Source: Chiloscyllium plagiosum (lineage: Eukaryota). Taken from it: 64,000 nucleotides of DNA. Shown in pieces: positions 1 through 12,576 of the stretch; the stretch's first letter is position 1; every line of letters starts with the position of its first letter. Both the position numbers and the translations under genes were made by a program. The notes beneath the pieces were generated by a model. The model was not told where the DNA came from. It did no database searches and was given only the letters and a program-made list of their open reading frames with translations. The DNA lies in assembly GCF_004010195.1 (NCBI RefSeq), contig NC_057718.1, forward strand, positions 88,802,229 to 88,866,228, written 5' to 3'.

Positions 1-176
1 CACCTATTGTACTCTATGCTACTTTCTCCCCATCCCCACCCTCCTCTCACTTATCTCTCCACCCTTCAGGCTCTCTGCCTGTATTCCTGATGAAGGGCTT
101 TTGCCCGATACGTCAATTTTACTGCTCCTCGGATGCTGCCTGAACTGCTGTGCTCTTCCAGCACCACTAATCCAGG
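1..176 (+). mobile_element. Penelope-like pseudo-LTR fragment with a degenerate hammerhead motif
   Basis: Same sequence as the 3' end of the Penelope element at about 18900-19080. CTGATGA-aGGGC-tttt-GCCC-GAtAC at about 87-111. Confidence 0.7.
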
Positions 177-865
177 ATAGTGAAGAAGGCAATTGGTATG
201 TTTGCCATTTTGGTCAGTGCATTGAGTATAGGAGTTTGGAGGTCATGTTGAGTATAAGAGTTGGGAGGTCATCTTGTGCCTGTACAGGACACTGGAGGTG
301 AGACCACTTCTGGAATATTGTGTGCAATTCTGGTCTCCCTGCTATAGAAAGGATGTTGTGAAACTTGAAAGACTTCAGAAAAGATTTACAAGGATATTGC
401 CAGGGTTGGAGGGTTTGAGTGATAGGGAGCGGCTGAATAGACTGGGACTGTTTTCCCTGGAGCTTTGAAGGTTGAGGGGGTGACCTTAGAGGCTTATAAA
501 AATCATGAGGGGTATGGATAGGGTGAACAGCCAAAGTCTATTTCCGCAGGGTAGAGGAGTACAAAACTAGAGGGAATCGGGTTAAGGTGAGGGGCGAAAT
601 ATATAAAAGGGATCTAAGGGGTAACTTTTTAATGCAGAGGGTGGTATGTGTATGGAATGAGCTACCATAGGAAGTGGTGGAGGCTGGTACGATTACAACA
701 TTTTAAAAGGCATCTGGATGGGTATATGAATAGGAAGGGTTTGGAGGGATATGGGCCAAGTGCTGGCAAATGGGATTAAGATTAGTTTAGGATAACTAGT
801 TGGTGTAGATGAGTTGGACTGAACGTTACAGCGTTCTGTGCTGTATATCTCCTGATTCTATGTGT
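177..865 (+). mobile_element. CR1/HER1-type LINE 3' fragment
   Basis: Encodes LYRTLEVRPLLEYCVQFWSPCYRKDVVKLERLQKRFTR, the typical CR1 ORF2 C-terminus, followed by the conserved 3' UTR. Confidence 0.9.
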
Positions 866-1148
866 CGCAGTGAGAAATTTCCTTGCTTCATGGACTCCTT
901 CACTGTTAGAAGCCACAAAACTATTCATCAAACCCCAAAAAATTGTAGCTAAACCTCCTGTTTCGATAGTCAATTTATTTTAGATAAAATATAGACCTCG
1001 ATTGTATATGCACGCAGTAGCTTTTTCAAAACCGTGGCATGTTTTTCAATCTGGTCTATTGCATTCCTTAAAACCTTCACTGCCTTTGGTAAGGTCTCGT
1101 GTGTGTGATGATGCCAGGTTCTAGTGTTTGATCTGGTTTCCTTCTCAG

Positions 1149-1334
1149 GCCGGGGAGTTGTGTAAAGAGAACAACAGGAAGAATATCCAGATTAGAAGCC
1201 TCGAGGAGACCATCGGTGCCCATGACATGGAGTCAAAAGCCAGCCGGGAAACTATCATGAGGCTGGTCTCTGAGCTGGGTAGGGAGCAGAAAGCTGTTGC
1301 CTCCTACCTGCAGGAATTAGATACCATTCGTAAG
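1149..1334 (+). CDS. CCDC170: Coiled-coil domain-containing protein 170, internal coding exon (first in window; upstream exons lie outside the window)
   Basis: ttctcAG acceptor, AAG|GTATGG donor, 186 nt, phase 0. Peptide AGELCKENN...LEETIGAHDMESKASRETIMRLVSELGREQK matches the recalled vertebrate CCDC170 motif HEMEAKASRETIMRLASEVNREQK. Confidence 0.93.
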
Positions 1335-1859
1335 GTATGGAGAAGATAATCGTGACTTTTACTTACTAATTGGAGCAAATAATAGGAAGTGAAGGGGCTG
1401 ACTGGTGGGCAGGTTTCTGACCTTAGTTGTGTTTAAGATGTAGAGTTGTTGCCTTTTTTAGTTCTCAAAGTCCTATCCTCCGCCCTGTAAAATCAGCTTG
1501 TCTCCATTATATTATCCTAGTGTACAGTATGTCCTTCTCTGTTATTATTTTGAATGAATGTTATATTATGATCAATATTGCCTAGCTATTCCCCTACTTT
1601 TATTTCTCTTATTTGTTCTGACAAGTACAGCTACTCCACCTCCTCTTTTACTCTGTGTACGTATTCGAAACGCTTTTTGTAACATTTAAACCCTGGTCCT
1701 GATATTTTCGGAGCCGTGTCTCAATAATCCTGAATATGTCCGTTTCTTCTATTGGTTAATGTTGTTTGCAGTTCTTCCTTTTTGTTAAAGGATGCTATGT
1801 GAATAGCGCTACAAACAGTTTAACTCAGTTTCAACTACTAATCCTCTCACTTCATATTT

Positions 1860-4800
1860 TAAAAATATTCTTTTGAAAAATAGATTTTTAAATTTTACAA
1901 TAAATACAAAACAATACAATTCAAAACAATACAAAGAAAGAACACCAAGAATATGTAAAAACCCAAACCGCCCTCATGTATAAATATGTATTAAAATATA
2001 TGAAAAAAATAATGAACAGCAAAACTATTAAATAATAACAATACAGCTCAGCAAAACAACCACTAGCTCTCAAATATCGAGCGCATTAATTTTCACCTGT
2101 TCATATGTTCGCAGTTCCCCTTCTCTGGATATTGGACTCATAAGGCACAATCATTACGGCTATATAAAAGCCCTTATTAGTTGTAGACAACTCTGTGTCC
2201 AGGTAGTCCAAAAGGGTGGCCATGTCTCATAGAAATTCTCAGTTTTGTGGTGTACCATACTTGTAAGAAAATCCAAAGGGATATGCTCCATAACAATCTT
2301 ACGCTAACCCAACACCCAATCTAACAAGGTATTCTTTTTTGCGTAGAAAGTGAGGATGTTGAAAAGTTTTGTCTTATGCGCATCTACAGGGAATACACTG
2401 GGCAGGCCAAGAAGAAGAGAGATTGGGTCCTTCTCCACCCTTACACCCAAAATCCCCTCCATTGCACTTGCCACATTACTCAGTATATTTGAAGCCTACC
2501 ACAGGACCAGAGACAATGGGTAAGAGTGTCCATACCAACTTTACACTGGGGGCATGCTGAAAATACCGCTGGTTTAAATTTTGACAAACGATCCAGAGCC
2601 AACTGGATCCTGTGGAGAATCTTCATCTGTAAAGCATGGGTCCTATTGCAAATTGATATCTTTCTTACATTTCCCCAAATATCTTCCCATGCCTCTGAGG
2701 AGACCTCAACACTTAGCTCTCTCTCACATGCCCTGCAGAGTCAGTTGAACTCACCTGAGGGGGCACCCTCCCCAATTGATGATATTAAGTGCTGACAGAA
2801 AGCGTACTCTTACCACTTACGTCAGATTTGTAGGCATCAAAAGTGTAGTCTTTCTTTTTGAATAAAATCCCTAACTTGAGAAAAATGAAAGAGATGCCTC
2901 TGGATAGCTCGTATTTCCGAGCTAACTGATCAAAAGACATCATTGTACCTCAAATAAATCACCCATGCAAGACACACCCCTAAGCTGCTCAATGTTTGAA
3001 CCCTGAATCCATCATCCCCAGCTGAAAACCCGGCATACCCATTATAGGTGTAAGAAAAGATGTTTTGCCAGTATTGCCTTCCCTCTGCCTAATTGCCCTC
3101 CATGCTTTAACAGTGTTGATAACTATTGGGTTATGGTAATGTTCCTCAACTGTCCTCATTTTGTCCAAAACAGCAAACTAGTAAGGGGGCACCCTGCCTG
3201 AGAGGTTTCAAGATTGATCCATATCGAAAGAGGGTCCCCACAAGCCCACGTGGGATAAAAGTGAGCTTAGTTGATAGCTTTTAATGTCCGGGAGATCCAC
3301 TGCCCCAAGTCTGTGAGGCAATTGCAGTTTAGCTAATTTAATAAGGGGCCGCTTACAATGTCAAATAAAGGAACTGAACCAGCTGTTCAGCCTCCTGTAT
3401 GTTTGCTTATTGAAAATCAGGGGGAGCATCCGTATAGGGTACAATAAACAGGGGAGAATATTCATCTTAATGAGCGCTATCCGATCCAACCACGAGACTG
3501 GAAGCGCCTCCCATCTTTGAAGGTCTTGTTTGATTTTGTTGAATAATTGAACAAAATTAACTTTAAACAACCAATCAATAACTGGAAGTGATGAATATGC
3601 CTACATATTCCTGTGACCACATAAATGGGAATCGAGATTTGCCCTCAAGATCTAGCATCTTCGTAAGACCACCCGAGGCATAGCCTCTGATCTTGCAAAA
3701 TTAATTTTGTACCCTGAAAAGGTGCCAAACGAGCTGATGCATTCTATCAGGTGAGGCACCGAAACTACTGGGTTTGACAAAACAAACGAGGACATTGTCT
3801 GTGTACAACAAAATCTTGTGTGATTTGACCCCACTTCTAGAGCTGACAGTATTGGGATTCCTACGAATGGTCTCCTTCAACGGTTCAATCACCAGTGTAA
3901 AAAGCAGTAGTGAAAGGGGACAGCCCTATTGGCTGCCCCTAAAATGCTAACGTTGCTTGATCATACCCCATTGGTGATGACCACAGCGAGAGGGTCACTG
4001 TAGAGAACCTTTGCCCATCATATAAAGGCTTCGCCCAAGCCAAACCACTCTAGAGTATAAAAAGGTACTGCCACTCAATTTAGTCAAGTGCCTTCTCTGC
4101 ATCTGGAGAAATCACCAGTCCTTGTATTGACTGCTGTTGACATGCTTGAATTACATTAAGCAGCCTCTTAACATTATTGGAGGATCTGCCGCCCTTTATG
4201 AAGTCTGTCTGGTCCTGTTTAACAGTAGATGGTAACAGTCTCCAGCCTTAACGTGAGAGTCTTAGATTGGATTTTAAAGTAAACATTTAAGAGTGAAATG
4301 GGCCTGTAAGAAGCACAGTCCTCTGGGACGTTCCCTTTTTTAAAAATAAGCTAAATATTGGCCTCTCTAAGAAATGGCGGGAGACGACCATGACTGTATG
4401 AGTCATTGAACATGTTGAGCATCGGGCCTGACAATATGCTTACAAATTCCTTTTTAAACTCACTGGGGAGTCAATCAGGATGAGATGCCTTTCTACTCTG
4501 TAGCTGCTTCACAGTCTCCTGTAACTCTTGCTCTGATAAAGGGGCATTGAGAAAAGACTCTTGTTTGGGTATCACACCTGGGAGCTCCAGATTATTGAAA
4601 AAGGACTCCATCTTGGTCTATCCCTCCTCACAACCCTCAGACTGGTATAATTCAGAGTAAAACTCTGGAATGCCACATTAATCTTTTTGGAATCACATGT
4701 TAGGTTTCCAGACCCTTCCCTAATCGACATAATGGCTTGAGGGGCACTGTTTTTCCTGGCGAGATATGCTAGGTACTTGTCTGGTTTGTCACTGTGCTCA

Positions 4801-5315
4801 TATGACCTTTGTTTTGTGAAAGTAAGCTGCTTCTTTGCTGTCTGTGTGAGCACGGAATTCAAAGCAGAGCGCAGCGCTGCAATCCTCTGCAGCTTGGCCA
4901 ACAAGATCCTGTCAAAGTAAGCCTTCTTGGCTGCCTTCAACCGTACTTCCAGGAGACGTTGCTACTCACCTTTCTGCCGCTTCCTACTGGCAGAGTAGGA
5001 AATAACTAACCCTCTGGCATAGGTTTGGGCAGTTTCCCAAAGGACAGATGGACTACTAGTTGAACCTGAATTAATGTCTAGGAATGCCCTAAATTTGTTA
5101 GAGAAATACTTCACAAACTTATTATCTTTAAGGATAAAGGGATCCATTCGCCAGTGCTTTAGCCCCACTACAGCGTCTTTAATCTTAACCAACATGTACA
5201 CTAGAGCATGATCAGAGATGGAAACATTACCAATCGTACAAATTGCCATCAAGTCCAGTTGCCATGGGGGTCAGGAAAAAAAAAATCAATCAAGGTGTGA
5301 CATCTGCGTGGATTG
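1860..5315 (-). mobile_element. L1-clade LINE, 3' part of ORF2 (RT and C-terminus) plus 3' UTR, decayed
   Basis: Minus-strand fragments SPSVLWETAQTYARGLVISYS, KILLYTDNVL, FGTFSGYKINFARSEAMP and WEALPVSWLDRIALIKMNILP, with many stops and frameshifts. Left boundary approximate. Confidence 0.88.
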
Positions 5316-5997
5316 TGTTATGAAGATATGGGTATACCCTTAAGACAGTTAAAGGCAGCAGAACTACTGGAGCCAGCACCAAGTGTACTCAAAAATGGTA
5401 ACAATGTAACACTGGGTTAAACTACTCGATTGGCGACAAAACAAAATTTGAATTTGGCCAATCGGTTTAAATTTTACCTGAAATACATCAAACTCCAATC
5501 AAGTTTGAATTGAGTATATTGACAATCTTAAAAGCCAATGACACAATCCAATGCTCTGGAGTATAAGACTGGGGAAAATTTAATAGTTGAGAGGAGATCT
5601 GCCACATCCTAGCATGTAAGGGACTGCTTGAAAAAATCTCTCTTAAAAGTCTCTTTTGGTAACCTGTAATGCAGAAATTCCTAACAAAGGAGAAAAGAAG
5701 ACAGGAAGATCCAAAGACAAGGACCTACAGCTGCTTGCTTTTGAGATAAGAAGTGTTGTTTTGTAAATTTTAATTGGGAGTTTTATTAGACGAGTATTAT
5801 AGCAAGGAAACTAAAAGATAGGCTGGAGAAAGAAATTGTAAATAGTGGTTAGTTAATTATTCTGTTATACTTTAAGAAATAAAGTTGTTGATTTTTATTT
5901 TAAAGAGTTCTTGACTACTCGATTTTTACAGATGGGATAAATCATTTGTGTGTTGCTGGTTTTAAATTAAGCAGGAGGGTTACCCCATGCTGTAACA
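5316..5997 (+). repeat. 5' LTR of the Gypsy element
   Basis: Starts TGTTAT and ends TGTAACA. Its 3' half is repeated at about 11010-11371. Contains AATAAA near 5878. Confidence 0.85.
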
Positions 5998-7181
5998 GTT
6001 TGGGATTTGAACTGGTTCAGACAGATTTCAATAGATTTGGGGGTATGAAAAATCCCAGCAGATTTAAACATTTGCAGGGTTACAGTCTTAGATCTTTAAA
6101 TAAAACTTAGGTGAGGCAATTTGTTTGCTTTTGGTGACTTGTGGCTGATTAAATTAAAAGCGAGAGAAATTACTCTTAAAATTACTAAAGAGGTTCTGGG
6201 ATTTGAAGATGATTCTCAAATTTGCCAGGAAAGTTTAGAAGGAAAGAAAAAGGCCACACTTTTAGAATTAGCAAAGAAGTTAGAATTGCATTTAACCAAG
6301 GACAAAAGTAAAGCTGAAATTGTAAGGGAATTACTCAAACACTTAGGTGTGTCAGAGAAACAGACAAGTGCAGTAGAGATAGAAAAACTTAAATTACAAT
6401 TGAGGAAAGTGGAGTTAGAAAACAAATGAAAGAGAGAGAGAAGAGAGAGAGAGGCAAAAACAGAGAGAGAGAAGGTTCTTGGCTGAGCAAAGGGAGAGAA
6501 GAAAGGGAGAGAGAAAGAGAATTTGAACTTGAGAAGTTGCAACTTAGCAACGTCAAGTTAAAGGATGGAGATTAAAAAGAGAAGGTAGTGATATATATAT
6601 AAATATGTCAAAACTTTGCCACATTTTGATGAGAAAAATGTTGAAGCTTTTTTTAAATTTCATTTGAAAAATTGGCTAGGCAGATGGAGTGGTCCGAGGA
6701 TTTATGGGAAATGCTAGTTCAGACTAAATTGGTAGGTAGAGCTATTGAGGTATTTGCTGCATTAACAGATGAGGTGTCAAGGGATTATGAAGAGGTTTAA
6801 TGGGCTATTTTAAGTGCTTGTGAATTGGTACCAGAAGCATATAGGCAGCAGTTCAAAAGCACACAGAAGGAACCAGGTCATACTTATGTTGAGTTCGAAA
6901 GAACTAAACAAAGTCAATTTGATCAATGGGTGTGTACTTTGAAAATAGGTAGAACATTTGAGGCTCTAAGAGAGATTATTCTGCTGGAGGAGTTTAAAAA
7001 TTCACTTCCAGAAATAGTTAGAATTCACGTAGAGGAACAAGAAGTTCAGAAATTGAGAAGGGCAGCAGAATTAGCAGATGAGGATATGCTGATGCATAAG
7101 ACAAGCTTCCAGCCAGAATTTTGTCCTGTGAGGGATAAAAGTTTGGAGAAGGGGAGATCCTACACTACTAAACCAAGAGTA

Positions 7182-7520
7182 GGGCGGCGCGGTGGCACAG
7201 TGGTTAGCACTGCTGCCTCACAGCGCCAGAGACCCGGGTTCAATTCCCGACTCAGGCGACTGACTGTATGGAGTTTGCACATTCTCCCCGTGTCTGTGTG
7301 GGTTTCCTCCGGGTGCTGCAGTTTCCTCCCACAGTCCAAAGATGTGCAGGTCAGGTGAATTGGCCATGCTAAATTGCCCGTAGTGTTAGGTAAAGGGGTA
7401 AATGTAGGGGTATGGGTGGATTGCGCTTCGGCGGGTCGGTGTGGACTTGTTGGGCCGAAGGGCCTGTTTCCACACTGTAAGTAATCTAATCTAAAAAGTA
7501 ATCTAATCTAATCTAAAAAA
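7182..7520 (+). mobile_element. HE1-like tRNA-derived SINE inserted in Gypsy gag
   Basis: GGGCGGCGCGGTGGCACAGTGGTTAGCACTGCTGCCTCACAG head, B-box GGTTCAATTCC, (AATCT)n tail, short TSD AGTA(G). Confidence 0.9.
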
Positions 7521-10500
7521 AGTAGAGAGCACTGGTAAGATTTTACCACAGGATAAAAAAGAAGCCCAAGACGGTGGACAGGAGGTGAAAGGCCTCAGGT
7601 ATTTCCACTGTAATGGAGTGGGACACAGAAATTTACAGTGCCGATGGTTTCAGAAATGGCATTGGGAAAGGTGTTTTCACTGCCAGAATGTGGGATATGT
7701 AAAGTCATAGTACTGGTCATTAAAGAAAGGCGCTGTGGGAAAAGATGTGGTAAAGGAAGCTAAGCCAGTGGCATTAGTAACGGTAGTAAAGGAGACCCCA
7801 AGAAGAGCTGCGAGAGAGTGCACAGCCTAGGCAGGGGCTGGGTATGAAGTTAATACCTGATCTCTACAAATAATTCACCTCTGTGGGTAAAGTTTACCAA
7901 GAAAGAACAGGGGGAGAAGGAAAAAAGAAACAGGATCTAACTAGTCACTGATAGTAAGGGATGAGTGAATATATACTCTTTCTGATCTGTTACCCGAGGG
8001 TATGATAATTTGTGGGATTGACGGACAGAAATTTAACATTGCCCTATGTAAGATCAGGTTGGAGCGCCAACTCAAGACTGGGGAAGTTACAGTGGGAGTG
8101 ATTAACAGAGAGTCAGTTTCAGGAATTCAGTTTGTTCTTGGGAATGATTTGGCAGGATCCAAGGTATGAGTGATACCCCTTGTTGTGGAGAAGCCCAAGG
8201 AAGACCAAGGAACTGAGGATATCAACAGAAATATCCTGGTATTTTCCCAGACCGTGTGGGTAACCAGATCCAACTATCATAAGTCACAGCGTGAAGCAAA
8301 AAGTAAAGAGAAAGATGAAGGAGCTGAGCTTCAGTTAACAGATACCCTGTTTGACAAAGTGATACAGGAAAAACCTGAACAGGCAGAGGGTCAGACAGAA
8401 ATGTTTAGTCCTGAAAGGCTAAGAGACTTGCAATGGCAAGACAAGACGATAAGATATATATGTGCATGCGTACTCTGAAAAGGAGGTAGACAATATTTCA
8501 GAAGGTTATTATCTGAAAGATAGGATCCTCAGACAGAAATGGAGACCACGGCAGGTTAGTGCAGAGGAGAAATGGGACAAAATGCACCAGATTGTGTTGT
8601 CAGTAGCATACAGACAGGAGGTGTTACGGGTAGCACAAGAACTACCTGTAGAAGGTCACCTAGGGGTACAAAAGACTCAGGCTAAGGTACAAAAACATTT
8701 TTATTGGCCTGGAATGCACAAGGATGTGGTTAATTTTTGCCGTACGTGTCATACATGCCAAATGGTAGGTAAGCCACAGGCAGTAATAAAATCAGCACCT
8801 TAGTTGCCAATTCCTGCATTTGTCGAACCTTTCACTTGGGTTATGATTGTTTGTTTGTGTAGGTCCCCTCCCTAGAAGGTAAAGTGGGAACTAGTGCTTG
8901 TTAACTATAATGGATGTGTCTCCCAGATGTCCGGAGGCAACTCCATTACGGAGTATCAAGGCAAAAAAGTGTGGTAGAGAAGTTAGTAGCTTTCTTCACC
9001 TGGTATGGGCTACCCAGACAAATTCAGTTGGATTAAGGGTCAAATTTTACTGCTAGGCTGTTTAAGGAGGTTATGGATAGCTTAGGTATACAGCACTTTA
9101 AATCAGTGCGTATCATCCTGAACCCCAGGGAGCTTTAGAAAGGTGGCATCAGTCCTTGAAGACCATGTCGAGAGCATACTGTCAGGATTACCTGAATGTT
9201 TCAGATAAAGGTATCCCATTTGCATTGTTTGCTATTAGAGATGCCCGAAATGAATCTACTCAGTTCACTCCCTTTAAGTTAACATTCAGTCATGAAGTGA
9301 GAGGCCCTTTGAAATTTATGAAAGAAAAATTGACAGGACCAAAGTCGGAGATCGCACAATTAGATTACGTATCAGAGGTGAGGGACAGATTAAATAGAGT
9401 AGGCGAGTTAGCTAAGCAGCACTAAAGAAGGCACAGTGTAGAATGAAGCAGGTAACAGATAAAAGCTCTGAGACTCGGATGTTTTCCCGAGGGGATGACG
9501 TGTTAGTACTGTTACCAGTGATAGGAGATCCCTTCAAAGCCAGGTTTAGTGATCCCTATCAAATTAAGAAAAAGTTGTGTCAGATTAACTATTTAGTAAA
9601 GATGCCATATAGAAAAAACAGTATCAGGTATGTTATGTGAACATTTTGAAACCGTATTACACTAGAGAGAAAGAACTGGAGAAACAGGTGGACGTTACTG
9701 CCCCGCAGAGTGAGGAATCAGATCCAGATGATGTGGATTTTGAGGTGCCTCAAAATAGATTAAAAAATGAAGACGTCCTTGAGGATTGGGACAGGTTATA
9801 AGCTATCTGTCTCAGGAGCATAGAATGGAATTGAAAGATTTGTTACTACAGTATAAGGACATTTGTAAGAATTAGATGGGGAGGACTAACACTATTGTAC
9901 GTGAAGTAGATGTAGGGAACACTGCTTCGATAAAGCAACATCCCTATCAGCTTAATCCTCTCAAAGCCAGGCAGGTCCAGATGGAGGCGGAGGCCATGCT
10001 CGACGAGAACATCATCGAATCAAGCCAGAGTGAGTGGAGTTCACTGATTGTTTTAGTTCCCAAACCGGACAGGACTCAACTATTCTGCATGGGTTACCGG
10101 AAGGTCAACGCTGTTCCAAAATCGGAACTCATATCCAATTCCTAGATTGGAGGACTGTATCGTGAAAGTCAGACAAGCCATATACATCACCAAGTTGGAT
10201 TTAATGCGTAGTTGCTAGCAGGTACCTTTATCAGAGACGGCGAAAGAAATTTCTGCGTTTGTCATCTGAAATAGGCCATATCATTTAAAGTGATGCCCTT
10301 TGGAATGAAGAACACGCCCGCCAACATTCTAAAGACTCATGAACAGAGCTGTGGCTGGGTTAACAAACCATGCAGTCTATTTGGATGATGTAGTGACCTT
10401 TAGTAAGTCCTGGAAAGATCACTTGGTGCAGTTGGCAGAGCTCTTTGAACGACTCAGAGAAGCAAAACTGAATTAAAACTGAATTCGCGAAAGCAGAGGT

Positions 10501-11009
10501 GACGTTCTTGGGACATAACATCAGTCATGGAAAGTTGACCCCACGAAACACACAGACAAAGGCTATCAAAAAATTTCCACGACCCACCTCAAAGAAAGAG
10601 GTGCTTCGATTCTTAGGACTCAGCGGATTCTATCAGAAGTTTGTTCCAAACTTCAGCAGTGTAGTGGCACTGTTAACTGATGTGCTGAAGAAGAACACAA
10701 AGTTTCGGTGAACAGAACCATACCAGGAGGCATTCGAACATTTGAAATGGATATTAACCACCAAACCAGTTTTAGCTCCACCAAACCTTTCAAAACCTTT
10801 TAAAATCACCATCGATGCTAGTGACATAGGAGTTGGAGCTGTACTCCTACACGAAGATGAGGATGGGGTTGAACTGCCAGTGGGTAACTTTTCGAAGATC
10901 AACATCCCCCAGAGGAAATATTCCACAATCGAAAAGGAACGATTGAGTTTGGTATTGGCCTTACAACATTTTAATGAATATTTCACAAACAATATGTTGG
11001 AGACTCGTC

Positions 11010-11371
11010 TCCTTTTCGATCAGTAGCTTTTTACGCAGGAATTCCTAACAAGGAGAAAAGACACACAGGAAGATCCGAGGACAAGAACCTACAGCTGCCT
11101 GGTTTTACAGATAAGAAGTGTTGTTTTGTAAATTTTAATTGGGAGTTTTATCAGGCTAGTATTATAGAAGGGAAGCTAAAAGGTAGGTTAGAGAAAGAAA
11201 TTGTAAATAGTGGTTAGTTAATTATTGCTTAAAGTGTAACAGAGAATAAAGTTGTCAATTTTTACTTTAAATAGTTCTTGACCACTCGAATTTTACAGAT
11301 TACTGCACGGGATAAATCTTTTGTGTTGCTGGTTTTAAATTAAGCAGGAGGGTTTACCCTGTGTTGTAACA
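11010..11371 (+). repeat. 5'-truncated 3' LTR of the Gypsy element
   Basis: Aligns by eye to about 5650-5997 (attcctaaca...ggagaaaag...cctacagctgc...agcaggagggt...tgtaaca). Confidence 0.85.
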
Positions 11372-11990
11372 ATTGGGAAAAAAATGTAAAATCCCTGCCT
11401 GTAGGGTGGCGACGTCTCCAGACATCCACAAACCCTAACTCCACACACAGATCCACTAATTGTTTAGTTTGTACAGAGTGTATCGGGGCCTTTGGGCAAC
11501 CGATCTACCACGGGATCCATAAGACAATTAAAATCTCCCCTATAATGCTATGCCGGGACTCAAGACAGATCAGTTTAGAGAACACATCTACCAGAAATTT
11601 GAGGGAATGTGCCGGAGGGCAATAAACATTTCAAACAACATATTCTTCCCCGTTTATCATGGCTTCGAGGATTACAAACCTCCCGTGTGTGTGTCTTTAA
11701 CAGTCCAGTAATTTAAAAGGGAGATTCCTCCTAACCAATATAGTCACTCCCCTACATCTGGTACTAAAAGATGAAAAGTAAACCCAATCGAAGCCGTTCT
11801 GCTGTAGTTTCAAATGCTCCTGTAACAAAGTAATATCCACGTTTTCCTTTCCAAGACTCGAGAGTACTTTTTTCCTCTTAATTGATGAGTGACTCCCCTT
11901 GATGTTCCACGTACACCACAAGTCATTAGCCATAGCCTTCTGCAGTAACATTTAGATTCCAGAGAGGAGGAACTCGAATTATGAATCACT
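11372..11990 (-). mobile_element. L1-clade LINE, 5' part of ORF2 (APE endonuclease); same element as 1860-5315
   Basis: MANDLWCTWNIKGSHSSIKRKKVLSSLGKENVDITLLQE begins at 11933. Sequence continues across the Gypsy insertion point (ATTG duplication). Confidence 0.88.
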
Positions 11991-12052
11991 AAGCCTTAGT
12001 GTTGCAAGATCCATCGAACATAAAATAATAGCCGCCTTACTGATATATATGG

Positions 12053-12386
12053 TCACTGCTTTCCTTCCCGGCTGCCCCTCTGGTCCTCGTCACTTCCCCC
12101 ACTGCTCCCGCTCCTTCTGTGAAAGGAAAAACACCGCTGTCCGCTACCGGTAAGTAATTTTTTAAAAAAACTGCCTTACCTTAGCTGCAGTCTCCCGGGT
12201 TCGTCTTCTCTCCGCTGCTGCTCGCACTCAAAATGGCCGTTGTTGTCGAAGGGTGAGTATTTATACTCACTGCTTTTCTTCCCGGCTGCCCCTCTGGTCC
12301 TCGTCACTTCCCCTGCTGCTCCCGCTCCTTCTTAGCTGCAGTCTTCCGAGTTCGTCTTCTCTCCGCTGCTGCTCGCACTCAAAATT
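12053..12386. repeat. CpG-rich modular duplicated repeat (A-B-A-B)
   Basis: cttcccggctgcccctctggtcctcgtcacttcccc at about 12064 and 12277; ttagctgcagtct..cg.gttcgtcttctctccgctgctgctcgcactcaaaat at 12181 and about 12332. Confidence 0.8.
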
Positions 12387-12457
12387 CCATGATATGATGT
12401 GATGTGATAAATGCAGAGTTATGGGAATATGGTAGGGAGGTTAGGTCTGGGTCAGAT

Positions 12458-12576
12458 GCTGATGAAGGGCTTTTGCCCGAAAAGTCAGTTTTCCTGCTCT
12501 TTGGATGCTGCCTGACCTATTATCCTTTTCCAGCACCACTCTAATCTTGACTGTGATCTCCAGTCCTCACTCTCGC
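12458..12576 (+). mobile_element. Mini Penelope-derived insertion with a hammerhead motif
   Basis: CTGATGAagggcttttgcccGAAA at its start. TSD CTGGGTCAGAT (12447-12457 / 12577-12587). Confidence 0.75.

Larger units (their letters stand above)
5316..11371 (+). mobile_element. Gypsy LTR retrotransposon of Gmr1 type (gag-PR-INT-RT-RNaseH), decayed
   Basis: TG...CA ends and 4-bp TSD ATTG (5312-5315 / 11372-11375). Gag 6121-~7700; integrase Zn-binding region GHLG..KT...HFYWPGM...CRTCHTCQ at 8462-8803; RT (IKQHPYQLNP, SEWSSLIVLVPKPD) from 9876; RNase H (PFKITIDASDIGVGAVL, YSTIEKE) at 10742-11026. Confidence 0.92.

Noticed and set aside
7182..7260. tRNA genes at SINE heads (also 39785, 52752, 59579, 61058)
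   Set aside because: These are tRNA-derived heads of HE1-like SINEs, continuous with the SINE body and tail.
6825..7358. Gag-SINE read-through ORF as a novel fusion protein
   Set aside because: The surrounding gag is broken by stops and frameshifts, so read-through into the SINE is fortuitous.
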